Shown: positions 18,052 to 27,410 of the stretch, piece by piece
How the letters are laid out: each line of letters begins with the position of its first letter
Numbering within the stretch: the stretch's first letter is position 1
Translations under genes and position numbers: made by a program
NCBI GenBank assembly: GCA_002718345.1
Contig: PBDA01000044.1
Location: forward strand, 19,226 to 83,225
DNA from: Rhodospirillaceae bacterium
GTDB lineage: Bacteria; Pseudomonadota; Gammaproteobacteria; Steroidobacterales; Rariloculaceae
DNA: 64,000 bases
Direction: 5' to 3'
Notes under the pieces: model-generated
What the model was told of the DNA's origin: nothing
The model's database searches: none
The model's input: only the letters and a program-made list of their open reading frames with translations

Positions 18052-18831
18052 CTATTTCAAAAAAGTTAGCATAGCGTCCAAAAATAATCTTGGATCCTGG
18101 AGTTGTGGGCAGTGGCCTATTCCTGGCAATTCCTGAAGTTCTGAATTGCTAATTCCCGAATTAAGCTCATATGAAAGAGCAGGTGGGGTTGTCGCATCAG
18201 CAAGTCCAACAATAATTTGGGTTGGGTTTTTAATTTCTCCAAGTCTAGGGCGATTATCTAGGAAGGTAAGTGCTAAAGCTGCATTTGCAAACAAAAAAGG
18301 ATCCGCTTTTGACAGATGGAGACGTCTACGCTCCATAATAGATGGATTATTTCTAATAAAGTCTTCAGGAAACATTCTTTTGATTGCGGCATCTAATACA
18401 GAATCCATTCCTTCAGTCTGTGCCTTCTTAGCAAGAATTCTTAGAGGCTCTTTGGCCGGCTCCGGAAATCCCGGGCCTGTATCAACTAACACTAGCTTTT
18501 TAAAACTACGGCCATGATGAATTGCTAGACTTCCAGCAACAAAACCACCAAAACCATTTCCAACCACATGAGTATCACCAGACAAACAAAGTGCACTCAT
18601 TGTTTCTGCCACCAAGTCCGCATAGGAGTCGACAGTTTGTCCAATTGGACCAGTTGAGCCCCCAAAACCTGGGAAATTTATTCGAGTAACACGATACCGA
18701 GCACTTAATTCATCTATCACATCATCGTAAACCGTCATTTCTGCAAGAAGGGTTGGAAGCAGCAACAGATCTGGGCCACCTCCTATCTGATTATACTCAA
18801 CCTGATTTTTTCCAACCTTGAGATTCGGCAT
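18052..18831 (-). CDS. Alpha/beta-fold hydrolase
   Basis: 259 aa. It has NFPGFGGS, a nucleophile elbow HVVGNGFGG-type segment, and the C-terminal LPGIGHCPQLQDP typical of the fold. Confidence 0.75.
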   Translation of the reverse strand: MPNLKVGKNQVEYNQIGGGPDLLLLPTLLAEMTVYDDVIDELSARYRVTRINFPGFGGSTGPIGQTVDSYADLVAETMSALCLSGDTHVVGNGFGGFVAGSLAIHHGRSFKKLVLVDTGPGFPEPAKEPLRILAKKAQTEGMDSVLDAAIKRMFPEDFIRNNPSIMERRRLHLSKADPFLFANAALALTFLDNRPRLGEIKNPTQIIVGLADATTPPALSYELNSGISNSELQELPGIGHCPQLQDPRLFLDAMLTFLK

Positions 18832-19766
18832 TAGATTTGATCAATATATGCTCTCATCCGTTCCCTTGCTGCAGTATCAGGCATTCCCCCGAGAGGCGCT
18901 CTAGCATTCTCTGCCATATGATGAGGATTGCTAGTCTCAGTTAGTACGCATGTAACAGTAGGGTGAGAAAGGATGTACTTAAGAGAAAATTGTGCCCAGC
19001 TCTCACAATCAAATTCTGCTGTCCAGTCAGGAAGTGGTACTCCCTGAAGACGCTGAAAATAGGCACCATTCATAAAAGGTCGATTGAGAAGCACCGCAAG
19101 ACCCATGTCCTCTGCTAACGGTAACAAACGTTCTTCAGCACGCCTTTCAGTGACAGAGTAGTTCATCTGAACAAAGTCAGGTGTTTCACGGCCTAAAAAT
19201 TCTTCAAGTTGATCGTAGAGACGGTATTCGGAAACAGTAACGCCAATATAACGGGCATGCCCTTCTTCTTTCCATTGCTGGAGGTTTTCCCACTGGGTAT
19301 CCAAATCAGTCAGACTAAAAATCTGCACAAGATCAATTGTTTCCCTGCGATAGAGTCTTTGAGTCTCGCGAAACTGTTGAATGCCAGCTTCTTTGCCAAC
19401 TTTATCAATCTTGGTTGTCACAAAAAGGGAGTTACGAAGATCTGGGGCACTCAACACCTGACCAAGGCCAGCATCGTTTTCAGGATTTCTTGGCCATGTA
19501 TCAACAACACTACCTCCACTATCACGAAGTGTTCTCAAAACTGCAGCAAGTGGGTCCATTCCATTAGAAGAAACCTCAGATACAACCTTACTAGAACCTA
19601 GTCCCACGACAGGCAGAGCTTCCCCTGTTGATGGTATAAGTCGCTGTGGCATCTGATTTTGAGCAAATAAGGGGCTAGAACTCAACCCGGAAACACCCAA
19701 AGCTGACAACGTTGCAATGAAATCTCTGCGTGTAGTTGAAAAAATTTTGTCTACTTCTTTCTGCAC
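18831..19766 (-). CDS. Aldo/keto reductase with a twin-arginine (Tat) signal peptide
   Basis: 311 aa. The N-terminus is STTRRDFIATLSALGVSGLSSSPLFAQ. The AKR body is clearly paralogous to 8120..9052, sharing LPVVGLGS, YIGVT, NYSVTERRAEERLLPLA and PDWTAEFDCESWAQF. Confidence 0.75.
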   Translation of the reverse strand: MQKEVDKIFSTTRRDFIATLSALGVSGLSSSPLFAQNQMPQRLIPSTGEALPVVGLGSSKVVSEVSSNGMDPLAAVLRTLRDSGGSVVDTWPRNPENDAGLGQVLSAPDLRNSLFVTTKIDKVGKEAGIQQFRETQRLYRRETIDLVQIFSLTDLDTQWENLQQWKEEGHARYIGVTVSEYRLYDQLEEFLGRETPDFVQMNYSVTERRAEERLLPLAEDMGLAVLLNRPFMNGAYFQRLQGVPLPDWTAEFDCESWAQFSLKYILSHPTVTCVLTETSNPHHMAENARAPLGGMPDTAARERMRAYIDQI

Positions 19767-19799
19767 GATCTTACTCCGAAACTATTGTTATCAAATTAC

Positions 19800-20825
19800 T
19801 TATTCGTCTATCACATCATTCATATGTCGATCGAAAAAACCAATGGAATCAGAAATTGCTTCGCGCTGGATTTCATCTGGAACATAATTGCCTGCGTCAT
19901 CTCTCCATACATACACAAAACCATGAACATCATGGTCATAACTTTTCCATTCCACATTCTTATCTGCCTCTGATAGAAGCTCATAATTAACTCGGAATAT
20001 TGGCTGATTGTGATCACGGTCACGACCTTGCACAAATATAGGTGTATCAATTGTGCTAATTCTTGCCATCGCGACATCTTTGTTTATTGCCTCATGAGTC
20101 GCCTTTACTGCTGCTTGGAGAGTTTGATCGTCATAGGCATCTGCTGTTTCCAGAGGAGACATTCCATCCTCTCCATACTCTTCGGAACTAATCTCACTCA
20201 GCGATACAACTTCTCCTCTAGCCATAAAGCCGGCTGAGGCGGGCTCAGAAGCTATTCCAGCTGCCAGCCCATAATAGATGCTCGTAATTTTCATTAGCAT
20301 TTCCCCAGCGTGACTAACGCCCATCCACCCTACTTTGTCTGGATCAATGTAAGGCAAGTTACTCACATATTCTATGATTCTAATGGCATCCTCATATTCT
20401 AGTGGAGCTCTATTGAATACTGGTCGTCCTGACCATGGTTGAGCTTCTAATGAATCCTCTCCATAAATAGGTACTTCCACTTCTGAACGGTAACGCAACC
20501 AGGCAACAGCATAGCCCGCATCTAAAAATTGCTCGAGAGTCCAACTTCTATTATGACTATAGTCCTTAACATAATCATATCCTTCGCCGCCATTACCGGA
20601 AGAAAATAAAACCGCTGGGAAAGGGCCATCACCGTCTGGCTTACGAAAACCGATAGGCGTCAGAAGCCCATCATCAGTTGAGACGAGATGATAAGTAACC
20701 GGAATATCCGACCCTGAAATACCTTCTGTATGATAAATTAAGCCATCCTGAGCGCTCACCCTATTAAATATAAACAAAGCAATAAATATTGGGACAATTA
20801 ACCCTAGTCGACACGAAATTTTCAT
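19800..20825 (-). CDS. Secreted alpha/beta hydrolase (dienelactone hydrolase / S9-like)
   Basis: 341 aa with a signal peptide. It has a GWMGVSHAGEM nucleophile-elbow-like motif and a C-terminal HGF. Confidence 0.6.
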   Translation of the reverse strand: MKISCRLGLIVPIFIALFIFNRVSAQDGLIYHTEGISGSDIPVTYHLVSTDDGLLTPIGFRKPDGDGPFPAVLFSSGNGGEGYDYVKDYSHNRSWTLEQFLDAGYAVAWLRYRSEVEVPIYGEDSLEAQPWSGRPVFNRAPLEYEDAIRIIEYVSNLPYIDPDKVGWMGVSHAGEMLMKITSIYYGLAAGIASEPASAGFMARGEVVSLSEISSEEYGEDGMSPLETADAYDDQTLQAAVKATHEAINKDVAMARISTIDTPIFVQGRDRDHNQPIFRVNYELLSEADKNVEWKSYDHDVHGFVYVWRDDAGNYVPDEIQREAISDSIGFFDRHMNDVIDE

Positions 20826-20898
20826 TATTTTTCTCCTAAACGCTACTGGCTAGTCACTCACCATTATGAAGCAAGTATAACGTGACATTCTTCACTTA

Positions 20899-22383
20899 CT
20901 AAACCGTACTAAAAGTGGGCCAGTAAATGGACAAAAAATAACCAACTATCACTACTGCTATTAGTGATAGAAGACATGCCCAAAAACCCTTAACTGCCAT
21001 AGTTTTAAGATTGATGCCATAGCCGGCAGCAACAGCAGGGCCGCCGGCTGAAGTTGGCAACATAAAGCCACAGTTACCAACCGTTGTAACAATATAGACA
21101 AATGGCAAAGGGTTTATGTCCAGACTCTGAAATGTGCTTATAGTAATGGGAACAGTAATAGCAATAGCAGCTGTATTATTTGTTATCTGTGTCATTAACA
21201 AAGTAAGTCCAGCAAAAACAAAAACAGCTAAAATTCCACCTTGATTAGCATATGGCAATAAGGATTCGGCAATATATCCTGCAGTTCCAGTTTCAGTAAG
21301 GACTCGACCCAGAGCTGTACCTCCTGCAAAAAGATAGAATAAGCCCCACATCATTTTCCCTTGCGCATATTCCCAAGTTATTAGATTTTCTCCGTTTGAA
21401 CGGACTAGGAAACAAACAATTGCACAACACAAAAATGCGTAAGCTGGTGTTAATGCAGGAATCAATTCAACGTATAAAGGGCGGGAAAACGCAAGAAGAG
21501 CAGCCCCCATAAACAAAAAGAATCCCCACTTTTCCTGGCTACTCATTGGGCCAAGTGACTTAAGTTCTGATAAAAAGAATTCCTTAGTACCTTCTACCTC
21601 AGCGATTTCTGGTTTAAAAGCAAAACGAACATAAATAAAAGTCACCACCATAACTGCCAAACTCAATGGCAAAAACCGAGTTACCCAAGTTGCAAAAAGA
21701 AATTCTTCTCCAGTAACCATCTCCTGGATATACTCAACTGTGAGCAAATTAGGAGCACCTCCCAAAGGTGATGTTGCTCCCCCAGCACTTGTACCCCATG
21801 CTACTGCAATTACTAGAGCTGTTCCCAGGTTACTATCCCAAAGGTCCTCAATGCCTATAAACCTGAGCATTGCAACGACGATGGGAATCATAGTTGCTGC
21901 CACAATGGTATTAGGAAGAAATGCACTAAGGATCATGCCTATAGCAAACCAAGAAAGTATTTGTCGCGTTGTGTTAGTACCTACCCCAATTAAAGAAGCA
22001 AGAGCAATACGCCGATCTAACCCCCATCTTGTCCAACAGGTAGTTAAAACATTTGCCGATAACAAAAGAATTACTAACTCTGCAGCATAAGCCGGCAAAA
22101 TGCGTTCAACAGGCACAAAATTAAATAACGCTGCAGTAGCCAACGGCAAAAATCCCGTTACTGCAAGATGAACTGGACGGGTAATCCACCACAACGCCAT
22201 CCATAAAAGCAAACCAATACTGCAACGTACCTCGTATGGCAATCCCAAAAAGGGAATGACAGCTAAAACAAAAAAAATAGTTGGTCCAGCAATTACTGTA
22301 GCAACTCTTTTTCTATCTACATGGATAACAGACTCTGAATTGGATGTTTTCGTTACTTCTGATGTTGATTTAGATTCAGACAC
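20899..22383 (-). CDS. SLC13/DASS-type (ArsB/NhaD superfamily) anion:sodium symporter
   Basis: 494 aa and polytopic. It has duplicated hairpin motifs SAGGATSPLGGAPNL and MLPTSAGGPAVA, typical of DASS permeases. Confidence 0.7.
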   Translation of the reverse strand: MSESKSTSEVTKTSNSESVIHVDRKRVATVIAGPTIFFVLAVIPFLGLPYEVRCSIGLLLWMALWWITRPVHLAVTGFLPLATAALFNFVPVERILPAYAAELVILLLSANVLTTCWTRWGLDRRIALASLIGVGTNTTRQILSWFAIGMILSAFLPNTIVAATMIPIVVAMLRFIGIEDLWDSNLGTALVIAVAWGTSAGGATSPLGGAPNLLTVEYIQEMVTGEEFLFATWVTRFLPLSLAVMVVTFIYVRFAFKPEIAEVEGTKEFFLSELKSLGPMSSQEKWGFFLFMGAALLAFSRPLYVELIPALTPAYAFLCCAIVCFLVRSNGENLITWEYAQGKMMWGLFYLFAGGTALGRVLTETGTAGYIAESLLPYANQGGILAVFVFAGLTLLMTQITNNTAAIAITVPITISTFQSLDINPLPFVYIVTTVGNCGFMLPTSAGGPAVAAGYGINLKTMAVKGFWACLLSLIAVVIVGYFLSIYWPTFSTV

Positions 22384-22559
22384 ATAAAAACCTGTTGTAC
22401 TTATTTAATGAGTGTTAGTTGGCTTCTTAGCTGCTCCAGTGTCAAGTCTATTAGGTATGTTTTATTAAAACATTTAAAAAAATAACGATTTCAGTCTCAA
22501 CAGAAGGCACCTTCGTAAGTAAAATCATAGCAACACTTACATTAAAACGGTAAAAATCA

Positions 22560-24425
22560 GTGAAACTCCGGCTAAAGAAAACAGTTCTTTTAATTTCATC
22601 AATAGCGTGCGTTACGCTGCCATTTGAGTTATTTGCTCAAACACAGATGCTAGTTATTAAAGGAGGCACTCTAATAGATGGCAATGGAGGCAAACCCACA
22701 CCAAATACAGTTGTAATAATGCAGAACAACCGAATTATTAGTGTCTCAAATACCGATGAAGCTCAATATCCTGACAACAGCATCATTATTAATGCGGAAG
22801 GAAAATTCATTCTGCCAGGTCTATGGGATTCTCAGGTAAGTTATAACTGGTATTACGGCGAAGTAATGTTGAATTACGGGATCACATCAACCATTGATGT
22901 AGGAAACTCTGGTGAAATTGCTGTTCCACACAGGGATGCGGTACATGCCGGAATCCTTCGTGCTCCAAGAACCTATACTGGGATCTCAAGACTTAACCGA
23001 ATTCCAGATGGAGGAACCGGACTAGAGACAATTTTGACGCCTGCCAGGGACCCCCAATCAAATCAAGAAGCACGGGCACTAGCACAGGCTTTTATTGATG
23101 CAGGTGCTGATGCGCTGATGTTTAATGATGGGTCTATGCCTTTTGAATACTACTTAGAGGCAATAGATGTTGCAGACAGCAATAACACTCCAGTTTTCAC
23201 AAGAAGCTATGGGCCAATTTATGGTCCTTGGGAAGCTGTAGAACGGACAACTCATAATATTCCACATTCAGCGGGTATCTGGCGAGCTGTAACCAATCCA
23301 CTGCCAACTGAAAATGACAAAAGAGATTGGCTGGATATGTATGCTGATTTGGATGATTCTAGGGCCAGAGACCTTATTGATCGTTTAATTGATAACGGAA
23401 CGGCACTCACCCCCACTTTTCAAGCAAACTTTAGAGGATACCCAGCAGACTGGGAACAATTTGAAAAAGAGGATAGGGAGTTTTTTAATAATGCACACCC
23501 AAACTTAATGGCGTACTACCCGGAAGCAAGAAAGCAAGCAGCTCTTAATTTTTATCAACCAAGAGGGCCATGGAATATTGATGAAGAAGAAGTTCGTGCT
23601 CGCAAAATGCACGGGTTTAAAAATGCTTTGCGTTTCCACAAGATGTTTGCAGATTCGGGAGGACGCCTAGTACCCGGTGCAAACACGAATCCTTCACGTG
23701 TCCCAGGAGAAAACTTGCATCATGAAATTGCCGTATTTGTTGAAGCAGGAATAACTCCAATGCAAATTATTCAAGGGGCAACAAAATGGTCAGCAGAAAT
23801 GCTCCTTCTAGGAGATGAAATTGGCACGATAGAAATGGGAAAGTTAGCTGATGTAATCATTGTGAATGAAAATCCATTAGAAGATATTAAAAATCTTCGC
23901 CAAATTGATACCGTTATTATGAACGGTAAAGTTATACCACTAGGATACGATGTATCCTACGAAGATCCATTTCATCGAAATTCTGAACTTAATCCACCTG
24001 TTGAGTCACTACACTGGGTTACCGCCTTTAAAAGAATTGCCCAGGAAGCAAGGGGATTCAGATTTGTAGGACGCCCACCCGGAGGGCCAGGCACTCCGCT
24101 TCCAAACCCAATAGAAGCGCCTCAACCAGCAATAGAAAAAATTACTCCTGTAATGGTAACTCAAGGCGACCCTACAACAACCATTTCACTTACTGGGTTT
24201 AATTTTGTTTTAAAATCAAGGGTTTACTTTAACGGAACTTCAGTTCCCTATACTCCACTGAGCCCCACTGAACTTGAAGTCATCATCGATTCCAGTCTTC
24301 TTCACGAAGCTGGATGGTCAAATATCGTAATTGTGAACCCTGAGCCTTTAGATCCAGAGCTTGGTTACCCCTGGGGAAATGGCATTTCAAATAAAGCGCA
24401 CCTTATTATCAACTATCGTTATTAG
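22560..24425 (+). CDS. Secreted amidohydrolase-family protein with a C-terminal IPT/TIG-like domain
   Basis: 621 aa with a GTG start and a signal peptide. The N-terminal VIKGGTLIDGNG and C-terminal GTIEMGKLADVIIVNENPL are amidohydrolase hallmarks. The last ~100 aa (ITPVMVTQGDPTTTISLTGFNF...VYFNGTSVPYT...VIVNPEP) look like an IPT/TIG domain. Confidence 0.65.
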   Translation: MKLRLKKTVLLISSIACVTLPFELFAQTQMLVIKGGTLIDGNGGKPTPNTVVIMQNNRIISVSNTDEAQYPDNSIIINAEGKFILPGLWDSQVSYNWYYGEVMLNYGITSTIDVGNSGEIAVPHRDAVHAGILRAPRTYTGISRLNRIPDGGTGLETILTPARDPQSNQEARALAQAFIDAGADALMFNDGSMPFEYYLEAIDVADSNNTPVFTRSYGPIYGPWEAVERTTHNIPHSAGIWRAVTNPLPTENDKRDWLDMYADLDDSRARDLIDRLIDNGTALTPTFQANFRGYPADWEQFEKEDREFFNNAHPNLMAYYPEARKQAALNFYQPRGPWNIDEEEVRARKMHGFKNALRFHKMFADSGGRLVPGANTNPSRVPGENLHHEIAVFVEAGITPMQIIQGATKWSAEMLLLGDEIGTIEMGKLADVIIVNENPLEDIKNLRQIDTVIMNGKVIPLGYDVSYEDPFHRNSELNPPVESLHWVTAFKRIAQEARGFRFVGRPPGGPGTPLPNPIEAPQPAIEKITPVMVTQGDPTTTISLTGFNFVLKSRVYFNGTSVPYTPLSPTELEVIIDSSLLHEAGWSNIVIVNPEPLDPELGYPWGNGISNKAHLIINYRY

Positions 24426-24870
24426 CTTTTGATGACCGCCAACTATCTATGGAAAGCCAATCATAAGAATGCGCTGCAACTAAAATACAGAAGTAAAGTG
24501 TATAGTGCATATTATTGCCAACAGTTCCCCAAGCCTGTCTAGTGGTATTGCCAAAAATCAACACCAGCATCATTAATGCTCCCGTTACGGACATCCAATA
24601 ACTAAACAGTCCCAAGGCCAAAAGAATGCCAAATACAACCTCAAAATAAGGTAAAACCCAAAGAAACGCAGTAACCCAAAGTTCAGGCAGAAAAGAAGGT
24701 GTAGCTATATCGGTAAACAGAGCAACTTGGCTATCAACCCATGCGCCTGTATCACTAATAATTCTCATAAACCCATGAAAGAACATATTGACCCCCAGGG
24801 TTATTCGAAACAGCGCATATGCCATCTGAAAACGGGACGCTCCAACAATACAATGCATTACCCTTCCCAT
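24409..24870 (-). CDS. DoxX-family inner-membrane protein
   Basis: 153 aa with four predicted TM segments. It has a LFRITLGVNMFFHGFMRI DoxX-like N-terminus. Confidence 0.6.
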   Translation of the reverse strand: MGRVMHCIVGASRFQMAYALFRITLGVNMFFHGFMRIISDTGAWVDSQVALFTDIATPSFLPELWVTAFLWVLPYFEVVFGILLALGLFSYWMSVTGALMMLVLIFGNTTRQAWGTVGNNMHYTLYFCILVAAHSYDWLSIDSWRSSKANNDS

Positions 24871-25095
24871 GTTATCTCCCTCTATTCAAGTATTATGTTT
24901 ACCTTGGGAAAATAGAGCTTCGCTTGGCTGGGTGTTTGGGTCAAGCTTAAAACTAAAATTTAGTGGAAAAAATATATGTTGCAGTTCAGAATTAGTGTAT
25001 AAATTTTAATCAAATAAACAAAACAAAACTGGCATTCTTTGATAATAACAAAAAGTTCTCATTTGGAATCTATAGTGGTAAAACGACTTCTTTTC

Positions 25096-25464
25096 ATGGC
25101 TTCAGGCATTTTTATAGTTTTCAGCGGAATTTCTATTAAAGCCCATCATGCAAACTCTATGTATGACAGAGCGTCTAATATCACCATTTCCGGGGTTGTA
25201 ACAAGATGGCAGTTTATCAATCCACATGCAGGCCTATGGTTAGAAGTGACCAATGAAACTAACGAAGCACAAGAATGGTCAGCAGAGTTTCAAGGAACTT
25301 TAGATCTTTATCGTCACTTCCAATTCAATAAAGACACATTTAAGCCAGGTGACACAATCACACTTATTGGGCATCCGGCCAGAACGGGCGGTCCAACTAT
25401 TAGCGCAAGAATAGTAATATTTTCTGATGGAACAGAAGTTGATGTGCGAAGTGCGCCAGACTAA
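25096..25464 (+). CDS. Small secreted His-His/NPH protein, paralog 3
   Basis: From the ATG at 25096 the signal peptide is MASGIFIVFSGISIKA, followed by HHANSMYD. It has the WQFINPHAGLWLEV core and NKDTFKPGDTITLIG. The track start at 25039 is an upstream TTG. Confidence 0.7.
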   Translation: MASGIFIVFSGISIKAHHANSMYDRASNITISGVVTRWQFINPHAGLWLEVTNETNEAQEWSAEFQGTLDLYRHFQFNKDTFKPGDTITLIGHPARTGGPTISARIVIFSDGTEVDVRSAPD

Positions 25465-25468
25465 ATAT

Positions 25469-26188
25469 ATGTTATTCAATTTTTTATCAAAATTTGGAGT
25501 TTACTCACTACTCTCTCTGATAACTGTGGTTTCTGAAGCACAATCCATTCCTGACCTGTCTGGTGTATGGCAAAGAAATTTCCCAGGCGCCTCATCGCTG
25601 GTCTCTGAGCCTCCCATGACCCTCTGGGCACAAGAACGTTTTGACCTAGCCAAACCGCTTCACGGTCCAAGAACTGCATCGGCCACTGAGTCAAATGCTT
25701 CTGAAATTCAATGCCTCCCAATGGGTTTTCCAGGAACTTACTATCGACCAAGACCCTTTGAAATCATTCAGCTCCCAGATAGGATAGTGATGCTTTTTGA
25801 AGTTAATAATTTCTGGAGAATTGTGTATATGGATGGTCGGGATTTCCCAGAAGTCCCTCTACATACTTGGAATGGCTACTCAATAGGTCGTTATGAAGAT
25901 GATACTCTAGTCATTGAAACAAAACATATTCTAGGCTGGGAATCAGAAAATCAGCAAAGGTGGATAGACCGACTTGGGCACCCTTTCAGTGACGAAATAA
26001 CAATTGTAGAAAGAATTAAGCGTGTTGATAGAGACACTCTCACTAATCAAGTCACTATTCATGACCCTATCGCTTATGAATCTACATTAAATGGAACGCT
26101 AAACTTTGCTAGAAGAGATTTTGAACTTGCAGAATTTGTATGTCAGGAACTTATGTTATCTGCTTTACCTGAAATGAGGCCTGAATAA
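25469..26188 (+). CDS. Secreted ~240-aa partner protein, paralog B
   Basis: The ATG at 25469 lies 4 nt after the upstream stop, and there is a signal peptide. It shares long identical runs with 26623..27375: RPRPFEIIQLPDR, PLHTWNGYSIG, TLVIET, DPIAYE, CQELMLS. Confidence 0.7.
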   Translation: MLFNFLSKFGVYSLLSLITVVSEAQSIPDLSGVWQRNFPGASSLVSEPPMTLWAQERFDLAKPLHGPRTASATESNASEIQCLPMGFPGTYYRPRPFEIIQLPDRIVMLFEVNNFWRIVYMDGRDFPEVPLHTWNGYSIGRYEDDTLVIETKHILGWESENQQRWIDRLGHPFSDEITIVERIKRVDRDTLTNQVTIHDPIAYESTLNGTLNFARRDFELAEFVCQELMLSALPEMRPE

Positions 26189-26216
26189 CCATCGCATTGC
26201 AGAGGATGTATTCAAT

Positions 26217-26612
26217 ATGGAAACTCAAGCAAAGACCGCTTTAATCTTATGTGCTCTTATATTATTTACTCTAAATACTGGATCTGAGGCACATCATGCT
26301 AACTCCGCTTATGATAGAACAAAATCAATTTCAGTAACTGGCACAGTCACCCAATGGCAGTTTATTAATCCTCATGTTGGAATATTTCTAGATGTCATAA
26401 ATGAACAGGGAAACACTGAAAACTGGTCAGGTGAGTTTCAAAGCGTTCAAGATTTATATAGATTTTTCCGCTGGAATAAAGATACTTTTAAACCCGGAGA
26501 CGAGGTAACAATTATTGGCAACCCTGACAGAAGGCCAAACATGCGGTCAATGTGGACCGAAGCAGTAGAGCTTCCAGATGGCACCCATATCAACGTCAGA
26601 AACGACCCATAA
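26217..26612 (+). CDS. Small secreted His-His/NPH protein, paralog 4
   Basis: 131 aa. The signal peptide ends ...NTGSEA and is followed by HHANSAYD. It has WQFINPHVGIFLDV and NKDTFKPGDEVTIIG. Confidence 0.7.
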   Translation: METQAKTALILCALILFTLNTGSEAHHANSAYDRTKSISVTGTVTQWQFINPHVGIFLDVINEQGNTENWSGEFQSVQDLYRFFRWNKDTFKPGDEVTIIGNPDRRPNMRSMWTEAVELPDGTHINVRNDP

Positions 26613-26622
26613 AGTATTGATT

Positions 26623-27375
26623 ATGAGAAGTCACCGATTAATAGCTCAGACAATTATCCTATTGGTTGGGTTTAGCGTCATAACAAGCACATTTGCACAA
26701 ACTCCAGAACTCTCAGGAGTCTGGCAAAGTTTGTGGGGAGGAAGAGGTGGTCCTAGATACCCAACACTCGCTTCTCCTGATCTCGTAAACGAAGAACCTC
26801 CGCTGACACAGTGGGGTCAAGACCGCTTTGCATTGGCAAAGCCTATTCATGGGCCTAACCCCGCTTCTGCTACAGATTCAAATGCGGCAGAATTATTGTG
26901 TCTTCCAATGGGCATACCTCACGCCTATTTTAGACCGAGGCCTTTTGAAATCATCCAACTCCCAGATCGGGTAGTCATGCTATTTGAGACAGATAATTTT
27001 TGGCGAGTAATTTACACGGACGGACGGGAATTCCCTGAAATTCCTTTACACACATGGAATGGTTATTCAATCGGTCACTATGAAGAAGAAACATTAGTTA
27101 TTGAAACACGTTATTTCATTGGTTGGGAATCGGAACAGCAACAACGCTGGCTTGACCGTTTAGGCTGGCCTCATAGTGACGAATTACGGCTCACTGAAAG
27201 AATTATTCGTATTGATGAGCAAACACTACAAAACAATATCACCATTGATGATCCAATTGCTTATGAAAAACCCTGGAATTCAAGCATCACTTACACATCT
27301 AGAGACTTTGAGCTTACCGAATTTATCTGCCAAGAACTTATGCTGTCTGAGTTACCGGAAATGAAACCAGAATGA
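26623..27375 (+). CDS. Secreted ~250-aa partner protein, paralog C
   Basis: From the ATG at 26623 the signal peptide is MRSHRLIAQTIILLVGFSVITSTFAQ. It is closely similar to 25469..26188 along its full length. Confidence 0.7.
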   Translation: MRSHRLIAQTIILLVGFSVITSTFAQTPELSGVWQSLWGGRGGPRYPTLASPDLVNEEPPLTQWGQDRFALAKPIHGPNPASATDSNAAELLCLPMGIPHAYFRPRPFEIIQLPDRVVMLFETDNFWRVIYTDGREFPEIPLHTWNGYSIGHYEEETLVIETRYFIGWESEQQQRWLDRLGWPHSDELRLTERIIRIDEQTLQNNITIDDPIAYEKPWNSSITYTSRDFELTEFICQELMLSELPEMKPE

Positions 27376-27410
27376 CAGTAAAGAAAATATTCTTCTTCAG
27401 GAGATACTGT

